DNA of 64,000 nt from Octopus vulgaris (lineage: Eukaryota), in the NCBI GenBank assembly GCA_951406725.2, contig OX597838.1:19034001-19098000 (forward strand). Direction: 5' to 3'. A model generated the notes under the pieces. That model ran no database searches and had not been told where the DNA came from. It saw only the letters and a list, made by a program, of their open reading frames with translations. Of this stretch, positions 39,302-54,000 are shown piece after piece. The position numbers were made by a program, and so were the translations under genes. Each line of letters starts with the position of its first letter. The first letter of the stretch is position 1.

Positions 39302-42300
39302 TATATATACACACACATACATACACATATATACGTTTTTCAAAATGTGACCGCATGTGTACCGTTGGCGATTTTTTTTCCCCTGTCTTCCCTTCTCTGG
39401 ATCTTTCCTTCTATGTTTCCGACGAAGAGCTCCGCTCGAAACATTAAACCCTCCTTCTTCCCTTCCTTCCTGAGCGTCCAATAATACTATATTTGTTCCA
39501 CGTCCATAGAAAAAGGAAAGATCCAAGGAAGGGAAGACGGAGGAAAAAATCGCCAACGATACACACACGGTCACATACACACACACACAATACTGTACTT
39601 TACACACAAGTATCATACACTTTGTCCTTCACTCTGAGAAGCCTTTAATTTCTAGCAAAGGCACCAGCTTCCTGAACATTATCGAACCAGTTCTTGTTCT
39701 GGCTACTACACTTCCAAAATTTCTCCCTCACAGCTAATTAGGTCACCCAAGATAACAAAAGCTGTCGACAACTTCTACAGAGCCATCTATGTATTTGAGA
39801 GCCCCTATTGCCAGGGTGCAGTTTGCTTGCTGCACATGTGCATCTGCTGCATATAAAGTCTATGATCTCTGTCAGCCTGCCTCTAAATCCCCTAAGTGTC
39901 CATGCTCTATACTGGAATGCACTGTATGGAACCTTAACTGACCCGATTTCTGCGTACTGAGTGTGGCTATTTCTCCAATGATGTCAAGGCCCTGTCTTCT
40001 TTCTTATTTACTAAAACCTAAGTTTTTGTTAAGCTTACTTTAATCCTTTAGCATTCCACCCGTTTAATGTTCAAACTGAACAGATCAGGCCTCTCACACC
40101 TATCCTGCAATGTCATTCTAAAAACAATCACATCATTGAAATCTGATGGCTACAAAACAATGCAGGATTAATATAAAATAATGAGAATAAATAAGCATTT
40201 CATTTGACAGAATAATCCAAGTGCTAAAGGGTTAAGGTCTTTTAATCTTTATATATAAAAGTGAAGTTGTGTGTCTGTCTCCTACAATTTAGATTCCTAA
40301 CTACTCCCACATTTTGCGGTGCAGTTTAACCAAAACCGGGTATCTTATAGTCGTGATTCATCTGGATATTAGCGCACGTCTACGATGAGTCTACGATTTT
40401 AAAAAAAATTTACCATCATTTTTTCCCATTTTAATGCATTTTTTCGCTATTATATAAGGGAAGTAACTCTCTAAAAATGTCTATGATGAGTCAACGATTT
40501 TTAAAAAAATTTACCATATTTTTTTTTCCATTTTTAATGCATTTTTTTGCTATTTTTTGGCTATAACTCTCTAAAAATGCTTATATAATTATTTCCCTTA
40601 CAAACCCGAGCTACGCCGGGCGATACTGCTAGTTAATTATAGGTTTTGTTTCAACATCTGGAATTTGGGGTCCAAATCTTCTACAGGTTCTACTATAAGA
40701 AGTAGGTTATCTTTTCAGGGTTGACAAATAAAGAACCAGCCAGAGCAGCCGATTGGTGGAATTATTGAGAGAGTCAGAGGAGATGCTTTGCACTGTTTGG
40801 TCCAGCTGTTTGCACTTGGAGTTCAAATGCCACCACTTATCACCAGCCTCCTTGAAGCAAGCCAAACAAGATATAGCTTATTAGTAATAGGCCATAAATC
40901 TCAAATGTAACATCCTGCTCTCACGAATAATACAGTAACTAGATCCTGCACACCAGATAAACATCACAACAGAAGAAAAACAATCAGTGTTTTGCTAAAT
41001 ATTTACAAAAAAAAGTGCATTTTGCACCAAAAGCCAGTATAAGAGTTTCTTTGTATCTATTGCTGTATAATGTGTTTTAAAAGAACATCCACGTTTAAGT
41101 GGGGATAAATATTACTTCCTAGTAGTAACACAGCCTCTGTCACTAATACATGTTCTGGCACTGTTATTCTATATATTGTTGGCAGAGAGATGAATCGCTG
41201 CTATTCCTAGCAGCTGAGCAGCCATCACTGATGAGACCAAGAAAGGTCAAAACCACATGATCTGGTGGTCTTAGTGTAAGAGATGGTAGGGATTTATCTC
41301 CCCGCTAGTGATATAAACAAGAGCACATTTTGCACTAAAAGCCAATATGAGAGTTTCTCTCTCATGGTGACTACCACAGTATAGCTTGTTCTAACAGGAC
41401 ATCCACATTGGACATAAATATTACCTCTCAGTATTAACCCTTTTATTATTGTATTTATTTCGAAATGCTCTGCGTTTCTTTCCATTACTTTAAATATAAC
41501 AAAGAAATTAGTAAAATAACTTTGTTATCATTAACCCTTTCGTTACTGTATTTATTTTGAGATGTTCTGTGTTTCTTCCAATTACTTTAGATATAACAAA
41601 GAATTTAGTAAAATAACATAGTTATCATTAATCTAGAGTTAGGAACATAAATTGTGACAAGGTTTGGTGGAGGATTTTAATTCAAAACTTATGAAAACAA
41701 GACATTTGTACTCAGGGCCAGAGCCGGTTTCAGCCGGGTTGGTAATGAAAGGGTTAAGCTAGTGTTAGGAACATAAATTGTGACTAAGGTTTGGTGGAAG
41801 ATTTTCATTCAAAACTTATACAAACAAAACATTTGTACTCAGAGCCAGGGCCAGTTTCAACCAGGTCAGTAATGAAAGGGTTAATACTGTCTCTGCTGCT
41901 AATATATATTTTGGGGGAAAAAAATGTTCTCCTTCCAATGAACGGCCTTGCTAAAAAAATGCCAGGATTCTAGTCTCTCCATGTCATAAAAATTTGTCCA
42001 AATTTGCCACCCTAACTAAAATACTGTAACATACACAAAGCCTTGCTTTCTATAGTGTTATGGTAAAATATTATTGAAGTTGGTCAAATATTTATGAAAA
42101 TATCATCAGAAACATGAAAAAAAAAAATACAAGAATAAAACAATAAAACTGTGACTTACAATAAATTTCTTTGCTAACTTCATGAATAAATATATTTAAA
42201 TTAGTTTCCTGCTGTACAATGGCAAAGTAATCTTTGATGGAATCACAACAATGGTAGGCTTGTCGCAGACTTTCTGCTACCATTAAGATTAGACTTAGAA

Positions 42301-45300
42301 CAAGCGACAAAACTTCTTTCTAGAAAAACGATAAAATAATAATATAAAATGAGGGAGAAGAAACAGAAAAAAAATAGGACAAATAGAAAAGAAACACATA
42401 AACATTAAAAAAAAAACAAGAAGAGAGTTATGTTCATCATCATCATCATCATCATTTAATTTCCATTTTCCTTGCTGGCATGGGTTGGACGGTTTGACTG
42501 GAAATGGTAAGCCAGAGAGCTGCACCAAGCTCCAGTCTGTTTTGGCTTGGTTTCTATGGGTGCATGCCTTTCCTAGTACCAACCTTTCCAGAGTGTAGTG
42601 GGTGCCTTTTATGTGTCACTGGCACAGGGGCGCTTCATGTGCCACTGGGACAGGGATGCTTTACGTGTCACTGGCAAGAGGGCCTTTTATGCTATCACCG
42701 ACACGGATGCCATTCATGCATTACTGACACTTGCCACAACCACAATTTCACTAAGCTTGTTAATTAGATTTAACAGAAGTCAATAATAAGACTATCATCA
42801 TCATCATCGTTTAACGTCCGTTTTCCGCACTAGCACGGGTTGGACTGTTCGACCGGGGTCTGGGAAGCCAGGGGCTGCACCAGGCTCCAGTCTGATCTAG
42901 CAGTGTTTCTACAGCTGGATGCCCTTCCTAATGCCAACCACTCCGCGAGTGTAGTGGGTGCTTTTTACATGCCACCGGCACAGGTGCCAGGGGAGTCTGG
43001 CATCAGCCACGATCGGTTGGTGCTTTTAACGTGCCACCGGCACGGAAGCCAGCCAAGGCGGCGCTGGCATCGGCCACGTTTGGATGGTGCTTTTTATGTG
43101 CCACCGGCACAGAAGCCAGTCACGGTGGCGCTGGCAACGGCCACGTTCGGATGGTGCTTTTTATGTGCCACCGGCACAGGTATGAATACATAAATGGTAA
43201 GAACTGTGTTAACACATGCAATATAATAATCCAAGAAATTTAATTAAAATTACAATGACATTTGTAACAAGGAGAGAAAAACTCATTTACATTAGACATA
43301 AAATGTTAACAAGAAAAGCAAGGGAGACAAATCTGAAATTTAAATTAATCAAAATTAATTAAAATTCAAGTGTCTTAATATAAAAAAGCTGCGTTATTTT
43401 TAGGATGACCCAATATTATTTATTACCAAGATCTAAGGTAGAAAATATTTAAAAATTCCACTTACTCTGTAAACTTCAGGGAGATCAGTAACAATTACTT
43501 TACGTAATAAATCCTTCAACTCTAGACAGGATTTGTTTATAGACAATCCATAACTGGAACCCCATATGATACTCCGGATCAAACAGAATGAAGTTTTACT
43601 CCCTTCTGCTTTCCCATTGTGCTTTGAACTGAAATTGAAAACCAGGTACAGAAATTTAAAAGACTGAAATAAAATTTTTTAATATTTTTATATCAGACAT
43701 ATATTACTGAGAAAGAGAATATATTTAAGTCAAACAATAAATCAGACATATTCCCTGTTATTACCACATCTTTTACTTGTTTCAGTCATTTGACTGCGGC
43801 CATGCTGGAGCACCGCCTTTAGTCGAGCAATCGACCCCGGGACTTATTCTTTGTAAGCCCAGTACTTATTCTATTGGCCTCTTTTGCCGAACCGCTAAGT
43901 GACGGGGACGTAAACACAGCAGCATCGGTTGTCAAGCAATGCTAGGGGGACAAACACAAACACACACACATATATATATATATATATACGACAGGCTTCT
44001 TTCAGTTTCCGTCTACCAAATCCACTCACAAGGCATTGGTCGGCCCGGGGCTATAGCAGAAGACACTTGCCCAAGATGCCACGCAGTGGGACTGAACCCA
44101 GAACAATGTGGTTGGTTAGCAAGCTACTTACCACACAGCCACTCCTGCGCCTATTATTACAACATCAACTTTCCCATGCTGATCTGGGCTGGTTATATCC
44201 ATCTCAACACATCTCGTGACTTATTATGGTTCTTTGGTTTCATCACATTTCCCCACTTCTTCAGTTTCCCTCTAAATCCCTTCCACTTGCTTCAATGACA
44301 CTTTTTCATCCAACAGTCATTCTTCCATACACACCATCATACTCATTCATACTCATTCGGTTCTCATTGTGCCTTGTGACACTTGAAGCAACAGCAAGAT
44401 CATTCCACCATCTAACACTGAAAGCATTCTTGACATCTTGTTCCATTGTTAACCCTCTGCTTTTAAGATCTTTTGTACTGTTCTCCACTACATTTCCTTT
44501 GGTCATATGTCCATCCCATACACACCATGTGTCCATCCCATACACACCATGTGTCCATCCCATACACACCATGTGTCCATCCCATACACACCATATGTCC
44601 ACCCCATGCACACTTTCATGTCCATCCCATACACACCACATGTCCACCCCATGCACACTATCATGTCCATCCCATACACACCATGTGTCCATTCCATACA
44701 CACCATGTGTCCATCCCATACACACCATGTGTCCATCCCATACACACCATGTGTCCATCCCATACACACCACATGTCCACCCCATACACACCACATGTCC
44801 ACCCCATACACACCACATGTCCACCCCATGCACACTTTCATGTCCATCATATGTCTATTCCATACACACCGTATGTCCATCCTGTACACACCATATGTCT
44901 ATTCCAACTCAGTCTCCTTTCTTATACACTTCAGTATCTATCTCTAACACCAAGGGTTTTGTCTCTCAGCCCATTTGCGCTCCATCATTCATTCATGCTA
45001 TGATAGAATATTTAACCCATTAAGTCCCATAAATAGGACACTATTATAAATAGGACACTAATGAAAACATTAAATAAGCTATACCACATTGTCCCAGTGT
45101 CCTATCTATAGGACACTGTATTTCCATTTCTACTAGAAGTAAAGGAGTTTTAATAATTGTTTTTTTTTTTTTTTTTTAACCTATTTTCAATCATCTGTGA
45201 AAATTTTAAAGTAATAATGAGACATTTAAGTACTCTGGGACTTAATGGGTTACTATATAAATAAAATAGAAATAAATGCGCCCTTTTAAAGCCTAACCAG

Positions 45301-48300
45301 GCTCATGGGCCCGGTTTCCTGGTTTCTATGGCGCATGTGTTCCCCAGCTGGGCGGGACGCCAGTCCATCGCAACGTTACTCATTTTTGCCAGCTGAGTGG
45401 ACTGGAGCAACGTGAAACCAAGTGTTTTGCTCAAGAACACAACGTGTCGCCTGGTCCAGGAATTGAAACCACAATCTTACAATCATGATGCTGACACCCT
45501 AACAACTAGGCCAGGCGCCTCTACTGCACCCTTTTAAAGTCTAGCAAGGCTCATGGGCCTGGTTTCAAAGGTGTATGTGTTCCCCAGCAGGACGGGTCGC
45601 CAGTCCATCACAGCATTAGTCACTTTTGCCAGCTGAGTGGACTGGAGCAACATGAAACCAAGTGTTTTGCTCAAGAACACAACGCGTCGCCTGGTCCAGG
45701 CATTGAAACCACAATCTTACGATCATGATGCTGACACCCTAACCACTAAGCCACGTGCCTCCACAATGGGTTAATATAAGGAATATTAAATTTCTAAACT
45801 AGGAATACACATAACACCTACTTAGTCATCCTGGCAGGGATACAGTGAAGTCAGGGACTGCAACTTGGTGGGTTGTGAAGAAACAGCAGAAAAACTCGAC
45901 ACAGGGTGAAAAGATGGACAAATCATTTTGCTAATCATTTTGCCTGGCATGACAACAATTGTGCCAGCGCACCACCCCTGTGCTGATTTAGATATTAAAC
46001 TGTTTCGTCTGTAGAGATGAGGTTAATTGTCCATAAGTAACGTTAAAGTCGATTACCTTTTCAAGCTGTCGTTGAAGTCCTGTTGAAAGACTGTATCGAG
46101 ATATTTGAGGAGTAAAAAACTTCCATGGGATGAACAGTTACTAGGATCTGAAACGGGCAGCTGGAGGGAAGACCTGCAAGAAAACAGAGTTTTTTAGACG
46201 TATGCCATATTTTAACGTGTATAAGGAATCCTTTTTTTGTCAAACATTAAGCTAAAAAAATATGGGAGTTTCTTATACATGCATAGTATTATAATCCCTT
46301 ACAAAGCCCTTTTTCCAAATTTTAAGCCCCAAAAATTAAGACGGTTCCTTATACACGCTAAACGGTAATTGTGATGATGACTTTTCTTTTATTCTTTTAT
46401 TTGACTGTGGCCATGCTGGAGCACTACCTTTAGTCGAACGAATTACCCCTCAGGACCTATTCTTTGTAAGCCTAGTACTTATTCTATTAGTATCTTTTTG
46501 CTGAACCGCTAAGTTATGGGGGATGTAAAACACACCGACATTAGTTGCCAAGCGATGGTGGGGGAACAAATACAGGCACAAATACACACACATAAATATA
46601 TATACATTATAAAATCAAAATAAACAACAGGATATCAAGTAGTAATGCAGTACGACCGTTTCAAGAGGCTCCATTTAATTGAACAATGCAATCATTACAT
46701 CAATTTAAATGTAGTACCATCATCAGGTGCACATGTATTATATAATGGGCTTCTTTCAGTTTCCATCTACAAAATCCACTCACAAGGCTTTTTGGTCAGC
46801 CCGAGGCTATAGTAGAAGACACTCGCCCAAGATGCTATGCAGTGGGACTGAACCTGGAACCATGTGGTCAGAAAGCAAGCTTCTTACCACACAGCCTGTG
46901 CCTTGATGATGATAATGAAAGTGCTGTTGTGCTGTATTGGAATGGTGGGGGTGGTAGCGGTGGTGATGGTTGTTTAACTCTTTAGCATTTAAACCAGCCA
47001 TATCTGGCCAAAATCCTCAACCTGTTTTATATATTAGAACTGACCAGATCCGACCTCTCACACATACCCTACAATGTCATTCTAAAACTATAGGACCACA
47101 TCACTGTAATATAGAAGCTACAAGATAATCCCCCAATTAATTCAAAACAATGTGATTGATTAAACAGGCATTAAACTGGACAAAGAAATCTGAGTGCTAA
47201 AGGGCTAACCACCATCAGCCCAGATCAAAGATCAAAAGCATTCCAGCCATGACCATTCCATCATATTCAGGGAATCCAGGACCACATTATCCAATGTGCC
47301 CTTCTCTAAGAGGATAGGGCATGTGATTGGAGGGAATCTTGCTTGCTACTTCTTGTAGGTCAAATAACCATGTAGAGGCACCCTTGTTGGCTCAGATAGT
47401 GTTGGTGAAGGTAGTGATGGTGTAGAGTACTGGCGATAGTAGTAGTGGTATGTGGATAACAGTGGTTGTAGTACTAGTATGTATGTGGTGGTGGTGGTGG
47501 TGATAGCGGCGAGCTGGCAGAATCGGTAGCACGCCGGGCGAAATGCGTAGCCGTATTTCGTCTGCCGCTACGTTCTGAGTTCAGATTCCGCCAAGGTCGA
47601 CTTTGCCTTTCATCCTTTCGGGGTCGATTAAATAAGTACCAGTTACGCACTGGGGTCGATATAATCAACTTAATCCCTTTGTCTATCCTTGTTTGTCCCC
47701 CCTGTGTTTAGCCCCTTGTGGGTAGTAAAGAAATAGAAATAGGTGGTGGTGGTGGTGGTGATAGGGATATGCAGATGATCGTGTTGGTCATGATGGGAGA
47801 GGGGCACAACATAAAACTGATTGTGAGATTGTGGTTTCACTTACAAAATAGTTTCCTTGACAAACTCCCACTCGTTCTGATAATGTCCCTGTTTCTCTCC
47901 TTCCTGCAAAGCTTGCAGATACATGTGGCGCCACGAGACACCAGGAGGGAATAAACTGAGTTGCTTCATTAACACTTCATAACACAAACTGTTGAGTAGA
48001 GAGCTCCTGTTTCTCTGAAAGATTGAATGGGAAAAAAAAAAAGAAAATCAACAATAATAACAAGAAAAATATATGCAAATTTCTTTACAGACATCCAGTT
48101 TGTTATACACTATTGGAGAATGGAATGCCCAAGACAAGCTCAATTATACGGAAGCCCTCCCTTCCTGACAACATCAGGAAGGGTTTCTTCTGACTAAGTG
48201 GAGGCGCAATGGCCCAGTGGTTAGGGCAGCAGGATCGCGGTTTCGATTCCCAGACCGGGCGTTGTGAGTGTTTATTGAGCGAAAACACCTAAAGCTCCAC

Positions 48301-50999
48301 GAGGCTCCGGCAGGGGATGGTGGTGATCCCTGCTGTACTCTTTCAGCACAACTTTCTCTCACTCTTACTTCCTGTTTCTGTTGTACCTGTATTTCAAAGG
48401 GGCTGGCCTTGTCACTCTCTGTGTCATGCTGAATATCCCCGAGAACTACGTTAAGGGTACACGTGTCTGTGGAGTGCTCAACCACTTACACGTTAATTTC
48501 ATGAGCAGGCTGTTCCATTGATCGGATCAACCAGAACCCTCATCGTCAACGGAGTGCTTCCCATTCCATTGACTCAAAATTTCTAAGCAGCTCTTCAGCA
48601 TAAACACTAAATAAGAGACTTGTAAAAGAAGCTTCACAGTAGATACACAAAAATGCTTCATGTAATTCTCAATCCGTTTTTGCAGCAACACCCTGCAAAG
48701 CAGCAACTGTTATGCAGTCTTCCAGCCATCAACTTGGTCTTCTTCTTTACTCCCAAGCCAGCAACCAGATGGGAGGCAGTCAGACAGACAGGGTGAATAC
48801 CGATAGGTAGATGGATGGATGGATGGATACATAGTGAGCCAGTGGGGTGTGGGGTCGCGATGCGTGGGAGGAATAGTTCCGGGGATTTGGAGAAAGACAA
48901 AATTTGAGACGAGTGATTGTGGGACACGCGGGAGGAATGGTTCCGGGGATTTGGAGAAAGACAAAATATGAGACGAGTGATTGTGGGACACGCGGGAGGA
49001 ATGGTTCCGGGGATTTGGAGAAAGACAAAATTTGAGACGAGTGATTGTGTGATTGTTATCTCAGCCATCAACAAGTAACAACGAAAATATAGAACTGAAA
49101 TGAAATGTGTGAGCTAAAGTTAAGACGGAACAATAGAACTATATTTACATAATGCCATGGTGCAGAAATAGACAAAATAAGATAGAAAAGGGGGGAAATA
49201 ATAATAAGGGCTTACGATAAATACTGACAGAAATACAATGAGACAGGGTCACACACACACACACACACACACGTGTGTGTGTTTGTAGTTGTGTAAGACT
49301 GGATTTATCAAAGATTTAATCATTTGCTAGAAAATTAATATTATAAAAGTAGGGATACAAAGCAGCCCTACAAAGATCAGAGAGAAAGGGAACATACATA
49401 CCAACAATATGTCTTTCATAAGATAATAACAAATTTCAGGAGGTAGATATGAACCAGCTGAGACAAAATCTAATGCCATGGACAGCCCTCCGTGAATGGC
49501 GTACTCCTCTTGTAAGCAACAGTTGATCATTTCTACTAAGGAACGGTGCATAACCATAGGTGGTACTGTGTCTGTAATCTAGCCAAACAAACAAAACGTT
49601 AGACATTCAAATGAACCCATGACCAACACCCAAAACACCAACATAATCTAGAAATTCAACAGCAACTGTTTCCAAACAAAAATTACCTTTTTTTTTATTT
49701 CATCATCATCATCATCATTTAGCATCCGCTTTCCATGCTGGCATGGGTTGGACGGTTCAACTGGGGTCTGGGAAGCCAGAAGGCTGCATCAGGCCCAGTC
49801 TGATCTCGCAATGTTTCTACAGCTGGATGCCCTTCCTAACGCCAACCACTCCGTGAGTGTAGTGGGTGCTTTTTACGTGCCACCGGCACAGGAGCCAGAC
49901 AGGGCTGGCAAACAGCCACAGTCGGATGGTGCTTTTTACGTGCCACCAGCACTGGGGCCAAGCCAGGCTGGCAATGGCCACGATTGGATGGTGCTTTTTA
50001 CGTGCCACCAGCACGGGGGCCAGGCGAGGCTGGCAATGGCCACAATCGGATGGTGCTTTTTACATGCCACCGGCACTGTGGCCAGGCCAGGCTGGCAATG
50101 GCCACGATCGGATGGTGCTTTTTACGTGCCACCAGCACTGGGGCCAAGCCAGGCTGGCAATGGCCACGATCGGATGGTGCTTTTTACGTGCCACCAGCAC
50201 TGGGGCCAAGCCAGGCTGGCAATGGCCACGATTGGATGGTGCTTTTTACATGCCACCGGCACTGTGGCCAGGCCAGGCTGGCAATGGCCACGATCGGATG
50301 GTGCTTTTTACATGCCACCGGCACTGGGGCCAGGCCAGGCTGGCAACGGCCACGATTGGAATGGTGCTTTTTACGTGCCAACAAATTTTAATATCGGAAT
50401 AAGGAGACAAATTTTAAGAAGTGTAGTTGATTATATTGATCAAGCCCTTCGTACCCTCTCCTACACTCACCTTCTTAAACCATGAGTGTTTGCTCTGATG
50501 CTCTATCAACACCTTCCTTTATCTCCTTTCTCATATGCTCCCACCTACCACTATATATAATACAGAGTGGCCATGTATTTCCTCTATGGTAAGGTGGCAA
50601 GCTGGCAGAAACGTTAAAACACTGGGCGAAATGCGTAGCCATATTTCGTCTGCCGTTACGTTCTGAGTTCAAATTCCACCGAGGTCGACTTTGCCTTTCA
50701 TCCTTTCGGGGTCGATAAATTAAGTACCAGTTACGCACTGGGGTCGATGTAATCGACTTAATCCGTTTGTCTGTCCTTGTTTGTCCCCTCTGTGTTTAGC
50801 CCCTTGTGGGTAGTAAAGAAATAGGTAAGACACCTGTGCTTCTCTTTATATCTTCCTTTAGCCTTTCAACATCCAGTATAAAAGTTGCCGTCCCCTCTCA
50901 ACTACTTTCCCCATATAGTAGTGGAAGTTTTATCCGTTTCCTCTTTCCCTGTTCTTTTTCTGTTTTGCAATTTACTTGGCAACTTCAGTAATAACATTA

Positions 51000-51051
<52 letters not shown>

Positions 51052-54000
51052 CCCCTAGCACACACTCTAAAGTGGTTGGCATTAGTAAGTCTTCAAGCTG
51101 TAGAAGCCACGTCAAAGCTGACACTGGAGCTCAGCATGGCCTTGCAGCATGCTGCTTTGTGTCAAACAGATTTTGTAGACATAAACTGAAAGAGGCCACA
51201 CGTGTTGTGTATGTGTGTGTGTACACGTGCGCATGGATAAGTGCATGTGCAAGTTTCTGTAAATGATTTCATCTTTCCTTCATCTACACGTGCGTTTTGC
51301 AAGCTGGTTTTGTAAACAACGGCTTCACTTAATGTTGTCATTTGCTTGCCCGCCCCCCACCAGCGTGAAAACATAATCAGGCTTCTAGATGGTATGGCAT
51401 GGTTGTTTTCCTGTCCCTTACTTTTCAGGTCTCCACCATAAAAATGACTAGGTTTGTTTGTTGTTTGATAGACTGGGAGATTATTACCCTCTCTCTCTCT
51501 CTCTCTTTCGGAGAGGCACTGAGCACCTACATGCACACATACATACACACACGGCAGTAACTTCCGCCTACCGAATTCAATCACAAAGCTTCGGTCGGCT
51601 CGGAGCTATAGCAGAAAACACCTGTCCAAAGTGCCACGCAGTGGGACTGAACCCGAAACCATGTAGCTAGGAAGCAAGCTCCCTAACCACACAGCCATGT
51701 CCGCGCTTTAGAAACAGGTGGGGGTGGTGAGGAGGCAACAGGAAGGGCCAAACAGAGACACAAAGACAAACAAACGCATACACACACATGACAGGCTTCT
51801 TTCAGTTTCCTATTTATTGCCCACAAGGGGCTAAACATAGAGAGGACAAAGAAGGACAGACAAAGGGATTAAGTTGATCACATTGACCCCAGTGCGTAAC
51901 AGCTACTTAATTTATCGACCCCGAAAGGATGAAAGGCAAAGTCGACCTCGGCGGAATTTGAACTCAGAACGTAACGGCAGACTGCTAAGCATTTCGCCCG
52001 GCATGCTAACGTTTCTACCAGCTCACTGCCTTTCAGTTTCCATCTACCAAATCCATTCACAAGGCTTTGGCCAGCCTGAAGCTATAGTAGAAGACACTTG
52101 CCTAAGGTGTTTGCATACAGTGGGAGTGAACCAAAAACCATGTGGTGTGGAAGCAAGCTTCTGACCACATGCCCGGTCCCTCAACTGGGTCCACATTTGA
52201 AAGGGCTCTCTTTAAACTCCCATGCATTCTCCAAATTTAATAGCCTTTCATTGTAGCACTTCAGAATCGCTAAGTGCAAGTAAGTATACCATTATCCATT
52301 CATAAACACTCCGGAACACTCCACGAATTTAGTCCTTGCATTGCATAACATTGGCAAACCTCTTCCTTTCTACTTCTCTCGTTGCTAAATAAATCTGCTG
52401 CCTAGCTTCTTCTCTAGCTACATGATATAATTCTCCACGTCTCCTATTCTTACTAGCCTGCTTCGTTGCTTTTATAGCTCTGTCTACAATTGTTCCACGA
52501 CCATGATCACCTTCAGTCTGGTTAGAACTTTGCATCAGCCAGATTTGAGAGAAAGAGAAAGAAAGAGAGAACGAGACGCTCTATGATATTTATTTCAATC
52601 GCAGAAGGCCTTCACTTTCAAATTCTCTAGGACCAATCCCAAATAAGGCAGAACTTAACTACAGTACCCGCTATGACTATCCTGCCTCACATTCAAATGT
52701 AGAATACGTTCTCCAATGTAAATTGAGATGAATTTGACTGCTACTTCTAGCAAGCCTAGAGACACTGCAAAGTCTGCCCTTGCTAAGCCACTAATTACAA
52801 TGTTTATTGAGAAGGTTAAAGTACAGTTTTAATAATTTTTCTAAGTTAATTACTACAGAATGAGAGAGCAATTCAGACAAATGAAAAATATTTACCACTG
52901 GATCAGTTACAAGATTGGTAGCTTCAATATCCATTAGTAATACCAAAGTATAACAGTACTTAAATGCCAAATACGACACACAAATGTAACAGGTAGTTGT
53001 AACATCCAGCCGTAACAACCAGCTGCCACCAAGCTGAAGAATCTAACAGTAATACCTGACTATAACAGCCAGCTTTGATAGCCAAGTGTAACAGACAGCA
53101 GTAACACACAGCCGTAACAATCATATGTGAAAGCCAGCAGTAACACCAAACTGTGACATGAAGTATAATACCCTGCTGTAACACCAAGGTGTAACAGCCA
53201 GTAGCAACGTCAAGCTATGACAACCAACTGTAACACAAAGATGTAACAGCCAGTAGTAATGTCAAGCTATGACAACCAACTGTAACACCAAGGTGTAACA
53301 GCCAGTAGTAACATCAAGCTATGACAACCAACTGTAACACCAAGGTGTAACAGCCAGTAGTAACATCAAGCTATGACAACCAACTGTAACACCAAAGTGT
53401 AACAGACAGTAGTAACATCAAGCTATGACAACCAACTGTAACACCAAAGTGTAACAGACAGTAGTAACATCAAGCTATGACAACCAACTGTAACACCAAG
53501 GTGTAACAGCCAATAGTAACATCAAGTTATAGCAACCAACTGTAACACCAAGGTGTAACAGCCAGTAGTAACGTCAAGCTATGACGACCAACTGTAACAC
53601 CAAGGTGTAACAGCCAGTAGTAACGTCAAGCTATGACAACCAACTGTAACACCAAGGTGTAACAGCCAGTAGTATGTCAAGCTATGACAACCAACTGTAA
53701 CACCAAGGTGTAACAGCCAGTAGTAACATCAAGCCATGACAAATGTAACACCAAGGTGTAACACCAAACTGTGACAATTCATAAATAGAGAAATAACAGC
53801 TAAAATCAGTTAAAAACTAAAGTGACATTTTCAGTTTACTTACTTTTGGCTGTTGTTGTTGTTGTTGCTCATTAACACACTCGCCTCCTCCTCCTCCTCC
53901 TCCACCACCGCCACCTCCTATAGACTTGTACAAAGTTTCCCAGCTGTTGGATTGTTGAGAAAGCTGCCAAAGAGAGAGAGAGAGAGCAGATGAAACACAT

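Noticed and set aside
48621-49080. Solo LTR around the 64-bp repeats
   Set aside because: TG...CA ends can be drawn, but there is no TSD and no second copy in the window.
49748-50485. Recurrent ORFs such as [13 protein letters not shown]... and [19 protein letters not shown]...
   Set aside because: They are translations of SINE families C and A and recur at every copy.
51162-51584. 140-aa minus-strand ORF as an extra SLF1 exon
   Set aside because: The only nearby acceptor gives the wrong phase for the flanking phase-0 exons and no good donor was found.
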